NCBI GenBank assembly: GCA_035635775.1
Contig: DASQAL010000008.1
Location: forward strand, 158-64,157
Origin: Candidatus Acidiferrum sp.
GTDB lineage: Bacteria; Methylomirabilota; Methylomirabilia; Rokubacteriales; CSP1-6
Direction: 5' to 3'
DNA length: 64,000 nt
The notes below the pieces were generated by a model. The model saw only the letters and a program-made list of their open reading frames with translations. It was not told the DNA's origin and ran no database searches. Both the position numbers and the translations under genes were made by a program. Below, one piece after another: positions 9,440-19,894 of this stretch; positions within the stretch are counted from its first letter, which is position 1, and each line of letters begins with the position of its first letter.

Positions 9440-9503
9440 GTCGTGAGCCCTCGTCCCGGCGCCGCCGGGGACTAGGGCACCGTAGTATTTCCCGCGGCGG
9501 GGG

Positions 9504-10691
9504 TCAAGGATCGCGCCAGGGCTCCGCCACCGACCTGGCGTGCTCGATGGTCACCCGCCCGGCCTTGACCACCAGACGGCACGGGGCGAGGGCCGCCACC
9601 ACGTCCTCGGCGCGCTCGGCCTCCCAGATCACCAGATCCGCCCGGCCGCCCACCGTCAGGCCGTGGTCGGGCAGGCGGAGGACGCGCGCCGGGTGCGCGG
9701 TGAGCGTGTCGAGCACCAGGCGCAGCTCCGGGTCCGCGCCCATGTGCGCGGCGACGCCCAGCAGGTAGCCCATCAGCGGCAGCCCCGCGGTCCCGAGCGG
9801 GGTGAAGGCGTTGCGCACGTTGTTGGTCGCCGCGGCCACCGTCACGCCCGCCGCGAGCAGCCGCTTGACGGGCGCGAGCCCCCGCCGGACGGTGCGCACG
9901 TCCTTGCGCCCCATCAGATAGAGATCGGTCGCGGGCAGCACGATGACCGCGACGCCCGCCTGCGCCAATACGCGGGCCAGCCGCTCCTGCTCGTCGGGCG
10001 GCAGCGCGGCCATCTCGCTCACGTGGCCCAGCGCCACCCGGCCCTGCCAGCCGCGCCGGACCGTCTCCTGCGCGATGTGCAGCGCGTGGAGATGCTGGGG
10101 CTCGTCGAAGAAGTCGGCGTGGAAGTCGACGTCCACCCCGAACTCGGCGGCCAGGTCGAACACGATGGCGATGTGCCGGTGCGCGTCGGTGTCGTTGTAG
10201 GGGACGCCGCCGACCAGATCCGCCCCCAGGCGGAGGGCCTCGCGCAGGAGCGCCTCGGTGCCGGGCATCTGGAGGATGCCCTCCTGGGCGAACGCGCAGA
10301 GCTGCAGGTCGATCGCGGGAGCGTACTCGCGCCGGAGCGGCAGGATCGCCTCGAAGCCCATGAGGCCGACGATCGGATCCACCTCCACGTGGCTCCGCAT
10401 GGCGGTGGTGCCCTGGCGCACCGCCATGTCGAGCACGCGCCGGGCCCGGTCCCCGATGTCAGCTAGGGTGAAGCCGCGCTTGGCCGCGCCGGTGACCCGG
10501 ATGGCCTCGGCCACCGTGCCCTCGCGGCTCGGGGCCCGCGCGCCGAGCAGGGCCTTGTCGAGGTGAATGTGGGCATCCACGAGTCCCGGCGTCACCGCCC
10601 GCCCCTCGCAGGCGATCTCGCGGCCCGCCGCCCGCCCGGCCAGCGCGCCGATCTCGGCGATGCGCCCCGCCCGACACCCGATATCGGCCAC
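9504..10691 (-). CDS. Amidohydrolase-superfamily protein (cytosine deaminase-like)
   Basis: GLVDAHIHLDKA metal-binding motif, ..GGVPYNDTDAHRH.., C-terminal ..ADLVIWEAE... The track start is GTG 10691. The frame stays open upstream (APFDLLLRKCRLPDGRV, which matches the pseudogene N-terminus) but contains only CTG codons. The true start may therefore be about 24-27 nt further upstream. Confidence 0.8.
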   Translation of the reverse strand: MADIGCRAGRIAEIGALAGRAAGREIACEGRAVTPGLVDAHIHLDKALLGARAPSREGTVAEAIRVTGAAKRGFTLADIGDRARRVLDMAVRQGTTAMRSHVEVDPIVGLMGFEAILPLRREYAPAIDLQLCAFAQEGILQMPGTEALLREALRLGADLVGGVPYNDTDAHRHIAIVFDLAAEFGVDVDFHADFFDEPQHLHALHIAQETVRRGWQGRVALGHVSEMAALPPDEQERLARVLAQAGVAVIVLPATDLYLMGRKDVRTVRRGLAPVKRLLAAGVTVAAATNNVRNAFTPLGTAGLPLMGYLLGVAAHMGADPELRLVLDTLTAHPARVLRLPDHGLTVGGRADLVIWEAERAEDVVAALAPCRLVVKAGRVTIEHARSVAEPWRDP

Positions 10692-10740
10692 CCGCCCATC
10701 CGGCAGCCGACACTTGCGCAGCAGGAGATCGAACGGCGCG

Positions 10741-12105
<1,365 letters not shown>

Positions 12106-12113
12106 GGGTCGGC

Positions 12114-14357
12114 TCAGGCCTGCACGGGCGCGGCCACCGGCCGGCCCGCGGGCAGCTCGATCACGAAGCGGCTGCCGTGCGGTGCGTTGTCTTCCACCCG
12201 GATCGTCCCGCCATGGTCGGACACGATCTGGTGGACGATCGGCAGCCCGAGCCCCATGCCGGTGGCCTTGGTGGAGAAGTAGGGCATGAAGAGGCGCTCG
12301 CGGTCCTCGCCCGTGATGCCCGGCCCGTCGTCGGTGACTACGATGCGGGCCCGGTGCGACTCGGGCAGCCACGCGGTCTGGACGCAGACCTCGCCGGCGC
12401 CGCCCACCGCCTCCACCGCGTTGTCCACCAGGTTGAGGACCGCGCGCTTGATCTGGTCCGGGTCGACCTCGATCGAGGGCAGGTCCGGCGAGAAGGCGGA
12501 GCGGATGGCCAGGCTCGGGTGCGACTCGCGGTAGAGCACCACCACGCCCTCGAGCAGCCGGGCCAGGTCGGTGGGCTTGGGAGTGAGCGCGGGCATCCGG
12601 GCGAAGCGCGAGAACTCGTCCACGAGCTGCCGGAGGCCTTCCACCTCCTGGATGATGGTGGCGGTGGCTTCCTCGAGCAGCCGCTTCTCGTCGGGGCTCC
12701 GGTCGGTGTTGAGCCGGCGCCGGAGGCGCTGGGCCGAGAGCTGGATGGGAGTCAGTGGGTTCTTGATCTCGTGCGCGATGCGCTGGGCGACCTCGCGCCA
12801 GGCGGCCAGGCGCTGCGCCTTCAGCAGCTCGGTGAGATCATCGAAGGCCAGCACCATGCCCAGGTAGGCGCCGTCGGGCCCGCGCAGCGCGGTGGCGGAG
12901 GCGAGCAGGGCCACCGCCTGGCCGCCACGGCGGAGATGCACCTCGCGGTCCAGCGAGCCCTCGCGCCCGCGGCCCATGCGCTGGATCAGCGCGTCGATCT
13001 CCGCGTACTCCGGCGAGCGGAACACCCGCGCGACGGGCAGGCCCTGGATCTGGGCGGCGGTGAGGCCGAGCAGGCGCTCGGCGGCGCCGTTGATGGTGGT
13101 GACGCGCCCCTCCTCATCGAGCGACACCACGCCGGTGGCCACCGCCTCCAGCACGGTCTCGGTGTAGCGGCGGCGATCCTCCACCTCCCCGTGCTTGGCC
13201 TGCAGGTCCTTGTAGGTCTCCTCCAGCTTCGACTGCGACGCGGCGAGGTCGCCGGTCATCCGGTTGAAGGAGTCCACCAGGATGCCGATCTCGTCGTCGG
13301 CCCGGACCGTCACCTTGTAGTTGAGGTTGCCCGCCGCCACCTCCCGGGTGCCCTCGGCCAGCATCTGGATCGGCTCGGTGATGCCCCGGGCCAGGTAGAG
13401 GCCGAACCAGGTGGCGGAGAAGACGATGATCAGGGTCATCAGCAGGAAGAGCAGGATGTAGATGCCCTTGATCGGGTTCTTGAGCAGGCGGAGCTGCTTG
13501 TACTCCTGGAAGGCCTGGCTGATATTGCGCAGCCGCGCCTCGAGGCGCTGGGGCACGTGGATAGCCACCACGATCGCGGCGGGCACCGCCTGGTCGCCCT
13601 CGCGCACCGGCACCATCGCCTGGATCATGTCACCGTTGTCCAGCTCGTGGACGGTGGTGATCTCCTGGCCCGCGAGCGCCTGCCGCACGTGCTCGTTGTT
13701 GGCTTCGCGGGTGGGCACCGCGGCGAGCACCGGGTTCTTGACGTGCACCAGCTCCTGCCCGTCGCGGTTGAAGATGGTGATGGCGGCGACGCCGAGCCGC
13801 TCCTGCTGCTCGGTCAGGTAGCCGGCCAGCGCCTCGCGCTTGCTCTCGGCGAGGAGCCCGTCGCGCTCGATCACGCGGCCCATGTAACGCCCGTGGCGCA
13901 GCGCGGTGGTCTCGAGGCTCTGGTAGTAGGTCTGTGCCACCTCCATGGCCTGGTCGAGCGGCTTCTCGACCTGCGGCTTGAACCAGCCCTCGATGGAGGT
14001 GGTGATGAAGTTGGAGGCGATGAGGAAGATCAGGATGCCCGGCACCAGCGACAGGGCCAGGAAGGCGAGGACGAGCTTGGCCTTGAACTTGGAGCCGATG
14101 ATCTTCTGCCGCCGCTCGAAGGAGAGCTTGACGAGGTTGCGGAAGAGCAGCACCAGCAGCAGCAGGAAGACGATCAGGTTGAGGTTGAAGAGGAAGAAGA
14201 CGATGAGGTTGGAGGCGAACGGGATCTGGGGCGCGCGGATGCCCACCTCGAAGACGGTCGCCACCACGAGGAGGACGAGGATCCCCGTGATGATGAGCAG
14301 GTTCCGCTTGCGCTTCTCCTGCTCGTCCACCGGCGAAGGCCGGGGCGCGCGCGGCAT
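12114..14357 (-). CDS. NtrY-like sensor histidine kinase (multi-TM, HAMP, PAS, HisKA, HATPase)
   Basis: Hydrophobic N-terminal helices, HAMP-like ARGITEPIQMLAEGTREVAAGN, H-box AHEIKNPLTPIQLS, and ATPase motifs DNAVEA..DDGPGI..GMGLGL. ATG 14357 overlaps the upstream stop (ATGA). Confidence 0.9.
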   Translation of the reverse strand: MPRAPRPSPVDEQEKRKRNLLIITGILVLLVVATVFEVGIRAPQIPFASNLIVFFLFNLNLIVFLLLLVLLFRNLVKLSFERRQKIIGSKFKAKLVLAFLALSLVPGILIFLIASNFITTSIEGWFKPQVEKPLDQAMEVAQTYYQSLETTALRHGRYMGRVIERDGLLAESKREALAGYLTEQQERLGVAAITIFNRDGQELVHVKNPVLAAVPTREANNEHVRQALAGQEITTVHELDNGDMIQAMVPVREGDQAVPAAIVVAIHVPQRLEARLRNISQAFQEYKQLRLLKNPIKGIYILLFLLMTLIIVFSATWFGLYLARGITEPIQMLAEGTREVAAGNLNYKVTVRADDEIGILVDSFNRMTGDLAASQSKLEETYKDLQAKHGEVEDRRRYTETVLEAVATGVVSLDEEGRVTTINGAAERLLGLTAAQIQGLPVARVFRSPEYAEIDALIQRMGRGREGSLDREVHLRRGGQAVALLASATALRGPDGAYLGMVLAFDDLTELLKAQRLAAWREVAQRIAHEIKNPLTPIQLSAQRLRRRLNTDRSPDEKRLLEEATATIIQEVEGLRQLVDEFSRFARMPALTPKPTDLARLLEGVVVLYRESHPSLAIRSAFSPDLPSIEVDPDQIKRAVLNLVDNAVEAVGGAGEVCVQTAWLPESHRARIVVTDDGPGITGEDRERLFMPYFSTKATGMGLGLPIVHQIVSDHGGTIRVEDNAPHGSRFVIELPAGRPVAAPVQA

Positions 14358-14944
14358 CACTGGCTCCGCACCGGGGTGAGGAGGCTCGACTGCACCCACG
14401 GGGTCTCCTCGGCCTCGCCGGTCATCCGCGCGAACCAGGAGTTGACCCCGCCCAGCGAGACGTCGGAGCGCACCCGTACGTAGTAGAGCTCCTGCTTGTC
14501 CAGCGCGGCCACCGGTGCCAACTGGCCCACCCGCAGGTCGGAGATCACGCGCTGGGCCTCGCGCAGGTCCTTGGTGAGCAGCGGCTCCCGCTGCTCGCCC
14601 TTGATCGGCGCGACCTTGTACTCCTTCGTGAGCACGTTGTAGGTGAGCTGGCGCTCCACCATGCGCGCCTGCAGGCGCCGGTCCACGCCCATGCGGGTGT
14701 GCTGCCAGAGCTCGACGTAGTACCGCACGTGGGCCGCGATGCCGGTGTGGATGCTCTCATGCAGGGCGCTCGGCACCGCCCCGAACAGGACCACCGTGAC
14801 GGTGACGTCGTAGTCGTTGAGGAAGACCGCCAGGTTGCTGATGCGGACCTCGGCCTCCGCGTCCGGCGCGCCCAGCAGGACGGCGGCGAGTAGACTCGCG
14901 GCGAGGGCGACCTTCCGGATCGAACGGCGGCGGCGAGTCCTCAT
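14357..14944 (-). CDS. Secreted DUF4390-like protein (commonly found upstream of ntrY-type kinases)
   Basis: 195-aa ORF with signal peptide MRTRRRRSIRKVALAASLLAAVLLGAPDAEA. It is translationally coupled to the kinase. The family assignment comes from memory of synteny and sequence style and has not been searched. Confidence 0.55.
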   Translation of the reverse strand: MRTRRRRSIRKVALAASLLAAVLLGAPDAEAEVRISNLAVFLNDYDVTVTVVLFGAVPSALHESIHTGIAAHVRYYVELWQHTRMGVDRRLQARMVERQLTYNVLTKEYKVAPIKGEQREPLLTKDLREAQRVISDLRVGQLAPVAALDKQELYYVRVRSDVSLGGVNSWFARMTGEAEETPWVQSSLLTPVRSQ

Positions 14945-15045
14945 AGAGCAGCCGGACCATTATAGCGTCGGGCCCTACGGGCAGGGTGGTTCAGCCGTGG
15001 GCGCGCCGGGCGGGCGGGAAGAGGGAGAGCGGGATGGGTGGCGGC

Positions 15046-15975
15046 CTACAAGGCCGCGACACCCGGGAGGAACCCGTCGCCGGTGGCGGCCACCGGGGCG
15101 GGGACGGGGCGGGCGGCCCGCGCGGCGACACGCCGGCGGTCGGCCACCAGGGCCTTCTGGATCGCGGCCACCACCTGGTAGTTCAGGGCGTGGCCCGCAT
15201 TGCGGCCCACCACGTGCGCCCGGAGCGGCCGACCCAGAAGGAACAGGTCGCCGACCAGGTCGAGGATCTTGTGGCGGACGAACTCGTCGGGGAAGCGCAG
15301 GCTATCGTTGAGCACCGAGCGCTTGCCGACCACGATCGCGTTCTCGAGGGAGCCCCCACGGGCCAGCCCGTTCTGTCTCATGGCCGGGACGTCCCGGAGA
15401 AAACCATACGTACGGGCGGCGGCCAACTCCTCGCAGAAGACCTCTTCGTTGATCCCGAAGGTACCCGCCTGCAACCCGATGATGGGATGGCTATTGTCGA
15501 GGGTGTAGCTGATGCGGAGCGAGTCGGCCGGCAGCACCTCGATCCAGCGGCTCTCGGTGCCCACGCGGATCGGCTGGGCGATGGTGATCGGACGGCGAGG
15601 GGCCGCGAGGCTCACCCGTCCGGCCGAGTGCAGCAGGTCCACGAAGGGTTTGGCGCTGCCGTCCGCCGCCGGCACTTCGGGCCCGTCGATGTCCACCATC
15701 AGGTTGTCGATGCCGAGCGCCGCCGCCGCCGCCATGAGGTGCTCGATGGTGCGGACTCGCACGCCGAAGGCGCCGACCGTGGTCGCGGAATTGCTGTCCA
15801 CGACGTGATCGGTATTGGCGGGGATCAGCGTGCCGTCAGCGGCCCGGAACAGGATCCCGGTATCCGCCGCGGCGGGCGAGACCGTCATCGTGACCGTCTC
15901 GCCCGAATGCAGGCCGATCCCGTCGAGGCTGGCCGGGCGTCTGACGGTCTGCTGGGAGTCCATGACCACGGCCAT
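15046..15975 (-). CDS. lpxC: UDP-3-O-acyl-N-acetylglucosamine deacetylase
   Basis: ..VRRPASLDGIGLHSGE..TIEHLMAA..FVRHKILDLVGDL..GHALN. motifs. Candidate starts are TTG 15984, ATG 15975 and ATG 15963. Confidence 0.9.
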   Translation of the reverse strand: MAVVMDSQQTVRRPASLDGIGLHSGETVTMTVSPAAADTGILFRAADGTLIPANTDHVVDSNSATTVGAFGVRVRTIEHLMAAAAALGIDNLMVDIDGPEVPAADGSAKPFVDLLHSAGRVSLAAPRRPITIAQPIRVGTESRWIEVLPADSLRISYTLDNSHPIIGLQAGTFGINEEVFCEELAAARTYGFLRDVPAMRQNGLARGGSLENAIVVGKRSVLNDSLRFPDEFVRHKILDLVGDLFLLGRPLRAHVVGRNAGHALNYQVVAAIQKALVADRRRVAARAARPVPAPVAATGDGFLPGVAAL

Positions 15976-16022
15976 AGGAGGCAAGCCAGGTGCCAGTGAG
16001 GCACCTGTACAGGAACATACTG

Positions 16023-16052
16023 TTTATATTGGTATTTGACCCAATCAGGCAA
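16023..16052 (-). promoter_or_regulatory. Candidate sigma-70-type promoter for lpxC (TTGCCT-N17/18-TATAAA)
   Basis: Lies in the only AT-rich intergenic stretch of this region. The reverse strand reads TTGCCTgattgggtcaaataccaaTATAAA. An 8-bp hairpin (caggtgcc/ggcacctg, 15987-16007) follows in the putative leader. Confidence 0.3.
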
Positions 16053-16121
16053 GCCATTAGCTATGTAGGAGGTTGCACGAATGACACACCCCCGGGGGAT
16101 GCTTGTGTCCAATACGCAACA

Positions 16122-16526
16122 TCAGAGCTCCAGGGTAGCCCGCACCCGGAAGCCTCCCGGGAGCGCCTCCACGGTGAGCCCATCGCTCCCGATTCCCCGG
16201 ATCAGACCTTGAACATGATGCCGTGCGGGTTCCACCGGTTCCCCCCGTAGGAAGGCGTGGAGCCGGAGCGGCTCGCCGCCGCGGGTGGGCGCGGCGTCGA
16301 AGACGGCGAACTCGATCGACCGGCAGGCAAAGCCTTCCACCTCGTGGACGTAGAGGCATTCCTCGAGCCAGCGGCGCAGGAGCGCGGGGACGCCGGCACC
16401 GTGCGCCCGCACCTCCCGCACCTCCGCCTCGTCGACCGACGCGGGATCCACCGCGGCGGCGAAGAGTGAGAGCGCGATCCGCGCGAAGGCGTCCGGCAGG
16501 GTGCGGGCCTCGACGGCGAGCTCCAC
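16122..16526 (-). CDS. Archease-like protein (N-terminally short)
   Basis: GTG 16526 lies 1 nt after the rsmE stop. ..ALLRRWLEECLYVHEVEGFACRSIEFAVFD..LHAFLRGEPVEPARHHVQGLIRGIG..GGFRVRATLEL resembles the archease C-terminal core. The usual N-terminal EHTAD motif is absent. Confidence 0.5.
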   Translation of the reverse strand: MELAVEARTLPDAFARIALSLFAAAVDPASVDEAEVREVRAHGAGVPALLRRWLEECLYVHEVEGFACRSIEFAVFDAAPTRGGEPLRLHAFLRGEPVEPARHHVQGLIRGIGSDGLTVEALPGGFRVRATLEL

Positions 16527-16527
16527 C

Positions 16528-17271
16528 TCAGGCGGTGCCCAGATCGCCGTAGCGCGACTGGAGCAGCGCCACCGCCACTGCCCCCGCGGTCTCGGTCCGG
16601 AGCAGACGCGGTCCGAGGCCGGCCACGATGGCACCCGCGTCGGCGAGCCCGCGTACCTCGTCAGCGGTCAGCCCGCCCTCCGGGCCCACGACCACCGTCA
16701 CGCGGGGGCAGGGCCCGGCCGGCAGGCGCTTGTCGAGCCCGTCACACTCCTCCTCCCACAGGCAGATCAGCAGCCCGGTCGCGCCGGCCTCACGAGCCCA
16801 GGAGGAGACCTCGCGAGGCACCGCGATCTCCGGCACGGCCGCGCGCCCGCTCTGCTGGGCCGCTTCCTTCGCGATGCGCTGCCACCGGCCGAGGCGCGAG
16901 CTCCAGCGCGTGGGCTCGAGCCGCACCACCGTCCGTGCGGTCAGCAGCGGGACCACGCGCGTGACGCCGAGCTCGGTGGCCATCCGGATGATGCCGTCCA
17001 TCTTGTCGCCCTTCGGGACGCCCTGGGCCAGGGTCAGGTCGAGCGGCGACTCCGTCGCGAGGGGCCCGCGGCTCACGATCAGCCCCTCGGCGCGGCGGGC
17101 CGCGATGGCGGTGAGCCGCACCGACAGCAGCGCGCCTCCGGGGTCCACGGCCTGCACCACGTCCCCCACGGTCGCCCGCAGCACGCGGCCCAGGTGATGG
17201 GCGGCGGCGGCCTCGAAGGCCACCCGGTCGCCGTGGACCGCGTCCGGTCCCAAGTGGAGGAAGCGGGTCAC
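16528..17271 (-). CDS. rsmE: 16S rRNA (uracil1498-N3)-methyltransferase
   Basis: 247 aa, ..LAQGVPKGDKMDGIIRMATELGV..VVVGPEGGLTADEV..LGPRLLRTETA. The GTG start overlaps the prmA stop (GTGA). Confidence 0.85.
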   Translation of the reverse strand: MTRFLHLGPDAVHGDRVAFEAAAAHHLGRVLRATVGDVVQAVDPGGALLSVRLTAIAARRAEGLIVSRGPLATESPLDLTLAQGVPKGDKMDGIIRMATELGVTRVVPLLTARTVVRLEPTRWSSRLGRWQRIAKEAAQQSGRAAVPEIAVPREVSSWAREAGATGLLICLWEEECDGLDKRLPAGPCPRVTVVVGPEGGLTADEVRGLADAGAIVAGLGPRLLRTETAGAVAVALLQSRYGDLGTA

Positions 17272-18152
17272 GAGGGCGGCGCCTCGAGGCGCAGCGAGGC
17301 CCAGCCTTCCAGCGCCAGGCGTGACCGGGTCGTGAAGCCGGCCGCGGCCAGGGTCTCACTGACGCGCCCGTCCTCGTCCTCGAGCATCCCGCCCAGCACC
17401 AGTGATCCGCCCGGCGCCACCAGGCGCGCGTACTGCGGGGCCAGCGCCAGGTGCGTGTGCGTCAGCAGATTGGCCAGGACGAGCGGGAAGCGGTCAGCGA
17501 CCTCCTGCGGCTCGGCCAGCCGGACGGTCAGGCCGGTGCAGCCATTCCGGCCCGCGTTGACCTGGCTGGCCCCGACGGCGTCGGGATCGACGTCGATCGC
17601 GAGCACGGTGGGCGCGCCGAGCTTGAGCGCCGCGATGGCCAGGATCCCGGTGCCGGTCCCGATGTCGAGCGCGGCCGTGCCCGGCGTGGCCGCGAGCGCT
17701 TCCTCGATGAGCACGAGACAGCCTTCCGTGGTGCCGTGGTGGCCGGTGCCGAAGGCGCGCCCCGGCTCGATGATCACGGTCAGGCGGTCCGCCCCGTCCG
17801 CGCGCGAGGGCGCCTCGATCCACGGCGGCAGCACGAGGAGGCGCCGGCCGACCTCGCGGGCCCGGAAGGAATGCTGCCAGGCGCTGGCCCAGGCCTCGTC
17901 CAGCAGCGGCGTGATCTCGGTGCCGTGCGACTCGACCGCGAAGCCGAGGGACCGGAGCGACGCCTGGTAGCCCCGAACCGCCGCGAGCAGCCGGGTCGAC
18001 GACATGCTCTCGGCGAAGAAGGCGCGCAGCCGGGGCGCGACGCCGGGGGCCTCTTCCTCGACCACGCCCAGGGCCCCCTGCTCCCAGAGGAAGTTGGTGA
18101 GCGCGTCTTCGCTGTCGGCGGAGGCGGGGAGGGTGAGCTGCCAGAACGCCAT
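17268..18152 (-). CDS. prmA: Ribosomal protein L11 methyltransferase
   Basis: ATG 18152 gives MAFWQLTL..; ..IEPGRAFGTGHHGTTEGCL..LDIGTGTGILAIAA... The upstream part of the 501-aa track ORF is off-frame nonsense over dnaJ. Confidence 0.9.
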   Translation of the reverse strand: MAFWQLTLPASADSEDALTNFLWEQGALGVVEEEAPGVAPRLRAFFAESMSSTRLLAAVRGYQASLRSLGFAVESHGTEITPLLDEAWASAWQHSFRAREVGRRLLVLPPWIEAPSRADGADRLTVIIEPGRAFGTGHHGTTEGCLVLIEEALAATPGTAALDIGTGTGILAIAALKLGAPTVLAIDVDPDAVGASQVNAGRNGCTGLTVRLAEPQEVADRFPLVLANLLTHTHLALAPQYARLVAPGGSLVLGGMLEDEDGRVSETLAAAGFTTRSRLALEGWASLRLEAPPS

Positions 18153-19246
18153 CAACTGCCGAACAGCTGCTTCATCCGCTCGACGAACTTGGAGGCACGG
18201 GGACTCGAGTCGCCGTCGTGGGAGCGGCGAAACTCCTCCAGTAGCTCGCGCTGGCGCGCGGTGAGCTGCGTCGGCACCTCGACGACGACCTCGTAGACCG
18301 CGTCGCCCCGGCCCCGCCCGCGCAGGTGGGGCATGCCCTTGCCCTTGAGGACGAGGCGCTGGCCCGGCTGCGTCCCCGCCGGGATCTTCAGCTTCGCGGC
18401 GCCGTCGAGCACCGGCACCTCGACCTCGTCGCCGAGCGCCACCTGGGGGAAGGTGAGGGGCAGCTCGCAGATCAGGTGGGCACCGTCGCGCACGAAGATC
18501 TCGTGGGGCCGGAGGTGGAGCACCACGTAGAGATCCCCGGCCGGCCCGCCCTGGAACCCGCTCTCTCCCTCCCCGTTGAGCCGGAGCTGGTTGCCGTTCT
18601 CGACGCCGGCCGGGATGGTGACCTTCAGCAGCCGCTCGCGGGACACGCGCCCCTGGCCGCGGCAGCCCGGGCACGGGTGCTTGATGATGCGCCCTTCGCC
18701 GCGGCAGTTCGGACAGGGGCGCGCCACCGTGAGGAAGCCCTGGGTGAAGCGCACCTGGCCCTGGCCCCGGCACGTGCCGCAGGTCTCGGGCTGGCTGCCC
18801 GCCTCCACGCCGGCGCCCCGGCAGATCTCGCAGGTCTCGAGCCGGGGGACCTGCAGCTTGGTTTCCATGCCCTGGGCGGCTTCCTCGAGCGAGATCTCCA
18901 GGTCGTAGCGGAGGTCGTCCCCGCGCCGCGCCCGCGTGCGGGATCGGCTGCCGCCCCCGCCGCCGAAAAAGCCCTCGAAGAGATCCTCGAAGATCGTGCC
19001 GAAGCCCACGTCGCCCGCGCCGCCGCCGCCCACCGCCCCGAAGCGGTCGTACTGGGCGCGCTTCTCGGCGTCCGACAGGACGGAGTAGGCCTCGCTGATC
19101 TCCTTGAAGCGCTCTTCGGCCTTCTTGTCGCCGGGGTTGCGGTCGGGGTGGTAGGCGCGGGCGAGGTTGCGATAGGCTTTCTTCAGCGCCGCGTCGTCGG
19201 CATCCCGGGGGACGCCGAGGATGCCGTAGAAGTCCTTGGCGACCAC
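18152..19246 (-). CDS. dnaJ: Molecular chaperone DnaJ
   Basis: GTG 19246 gives (M)VAKDFYGILGV..AYHPDRNPGD (J domain), a G/F region, and four CxxCxGxG zinc-finger repeats. Confidence 0.95.
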   Translation of the reverse strand: MVAKDFYGILGVPRDADDAALKKAYRNLARAYHPDRNPGDKKAEERFKEISEAYSVLSDAEKRAQYDRFGAVGGGGAGDVGFGTIFEDLFEGFFGGGGGSRSRTRARRGDDLRYDLEISLEEAAQGMETKLQVPRLETCEICRGAGVEAGSQPETCGTCRGQGQVRFTQGFLTVARPCPNCRGEGRIIKHPCPGCRGQGRVSRERLLKVTIPAGVENGNQLRLNGEGESGFQGGPAGDLYVVLHLRPHEIFVRDGAHLICELPLTFPQVALGDEVEVPVLDGAAKLKIPAGTQPGQRLVLKGKGMPHLRGRGRGDAVYEVVVEVPTQLTARQRELLEEFRRSHDGDSSPRASKFVERMKQLFGS

Positions 19247-19247
19247 G

Positions 19248-19793
19248 CTAGGCGTCGGCGGCGGAGGGGCCCGAGTCGTCCGGGGCCACCGCCACGGTGA
19301 CCATCGCGGGCCGGAGCACACGTCCGTGCAGGAGGTAGCCCCGCGCGGTCTCGCCGGCCACCGACATGTCGGGCAGGTCCGGTCTCTGCACCCGCGCGAT
19401 GGCCTCGTGCCGCTCCGGATCGAAGGGCTGGCCCACCGAGTCGAACGGCGCCACGCCGTACTTCTCGAGGATCCGCAGCAGCTCCCGCTGGATCAGCTCG
19501 ACGCCGGTGGTGAGGGAGGTCGCCGGCTCGGAGCGCGCCGCCTGCATGGCCCGGTCGAGGTTGTCCAGCACGGGCAGGATGTCGCGCAGCAGGGACTCGT
19601 TGGCGTAGCGGGTGTACTCCTCCCGCTCCCGGGCGGCGCGCTTGCGCACGTTGTCGAACTCGGCGACGGCGCGGAGATAGCGGTCCTGCTGGGCCTCCAC
19701 CTCACGGGTCTTGACCTCGAGGGCCTCGCGGAGCCGCTGAATCTCCTCCGCCCCCTCGTCGGCCACCGGCCCATCGAAGAACGAATCACTCAT
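19248..19793 (-). CDS. grpE: Nucleotide exchange factor GrpE
   Basis: ..YLRAVAEFDNVRKRAARE..ILPVLDNLDRA..FDPERHEA... ATG 19793 is preferred over TTG 19805. Confidence 0.9.
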   Translation of the reverse strand: MSDSFFDGPVADEGAEEIQRLREALEVKTREVEAQQDRYLRAVAEFDNVRKRAAREREEYTRYANESLLRDILPVLDNLDRAMQAARSEPATSLTTGVELIQRELLRILEKYGVAPFDSVGQPFDPERHEAIARVQRPDLPDMSVAGETARGYLLHGRVLRPAMVTVAVAPDDSGPSAADA

Positions 19794-19804
19794 GGCGAAA
19801 TCCA

Positions 19805-19810
19805 ATTATA
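19805..19810 (-). promoter_or_regulatory. Perfect TATAAT box 11 nt upstream of the grpE ATG (possible short-leader internal promoter)
   Basis: The reverse strand reads ..gtctgcTATAATtggatttcgccATG. No convincing -35 element is present. Confidence 0.25.
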
Positions 19811-19828
19811 GCAGACGGTTGCCCACCG

Positions 19829-19874
19829 ACTGGGGGAGTGCGGGGGCCATTTCTGGGCCCCCGCAGCTGAAGAG
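19829..19874 (+). repeat. 46-nt intergenic repeat with 10-bp GC hairpin, copy 1
   Basis: actgggggagtgcgggggccatttctgggcccccgcagctgaagag is identical to 44304-44349. The stem is tgcgggggcc/ggcccccgca with a 7-nt loop. A 12-mer agacggttgccc lies nearby at both loci (19813-19824 and 44361-44372). Confidence 0.85.
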
Positions 19875-19894
19875 AAGCTTCCGGTGTTCGGGCG

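Noticed and set aside
9447-9470. Hairpin cccggc-gcc-gccggg between the amidohydrolase stop and the big cyclase start as a terminator
   Set aside because: It has a 6-bp stem, a 3-nt loop and no U-tract, and it lies inside what looks like one operon. In DNA this GC-rich it is indistinguishable from chance.
19829-19874. The hairpin between hrcA and grpE as a CIRCE (HrcA operator) element
   Set aside because: The stem sequence (TGCGGGGGCC/GGCCCCCGCA) does not match TTAGCACTC-N9-GAGTGCTAA. Only a GCACTC half-site-like hexamer is present. An identical copy sits in an unrelated catabolic operon at 44304-44349.
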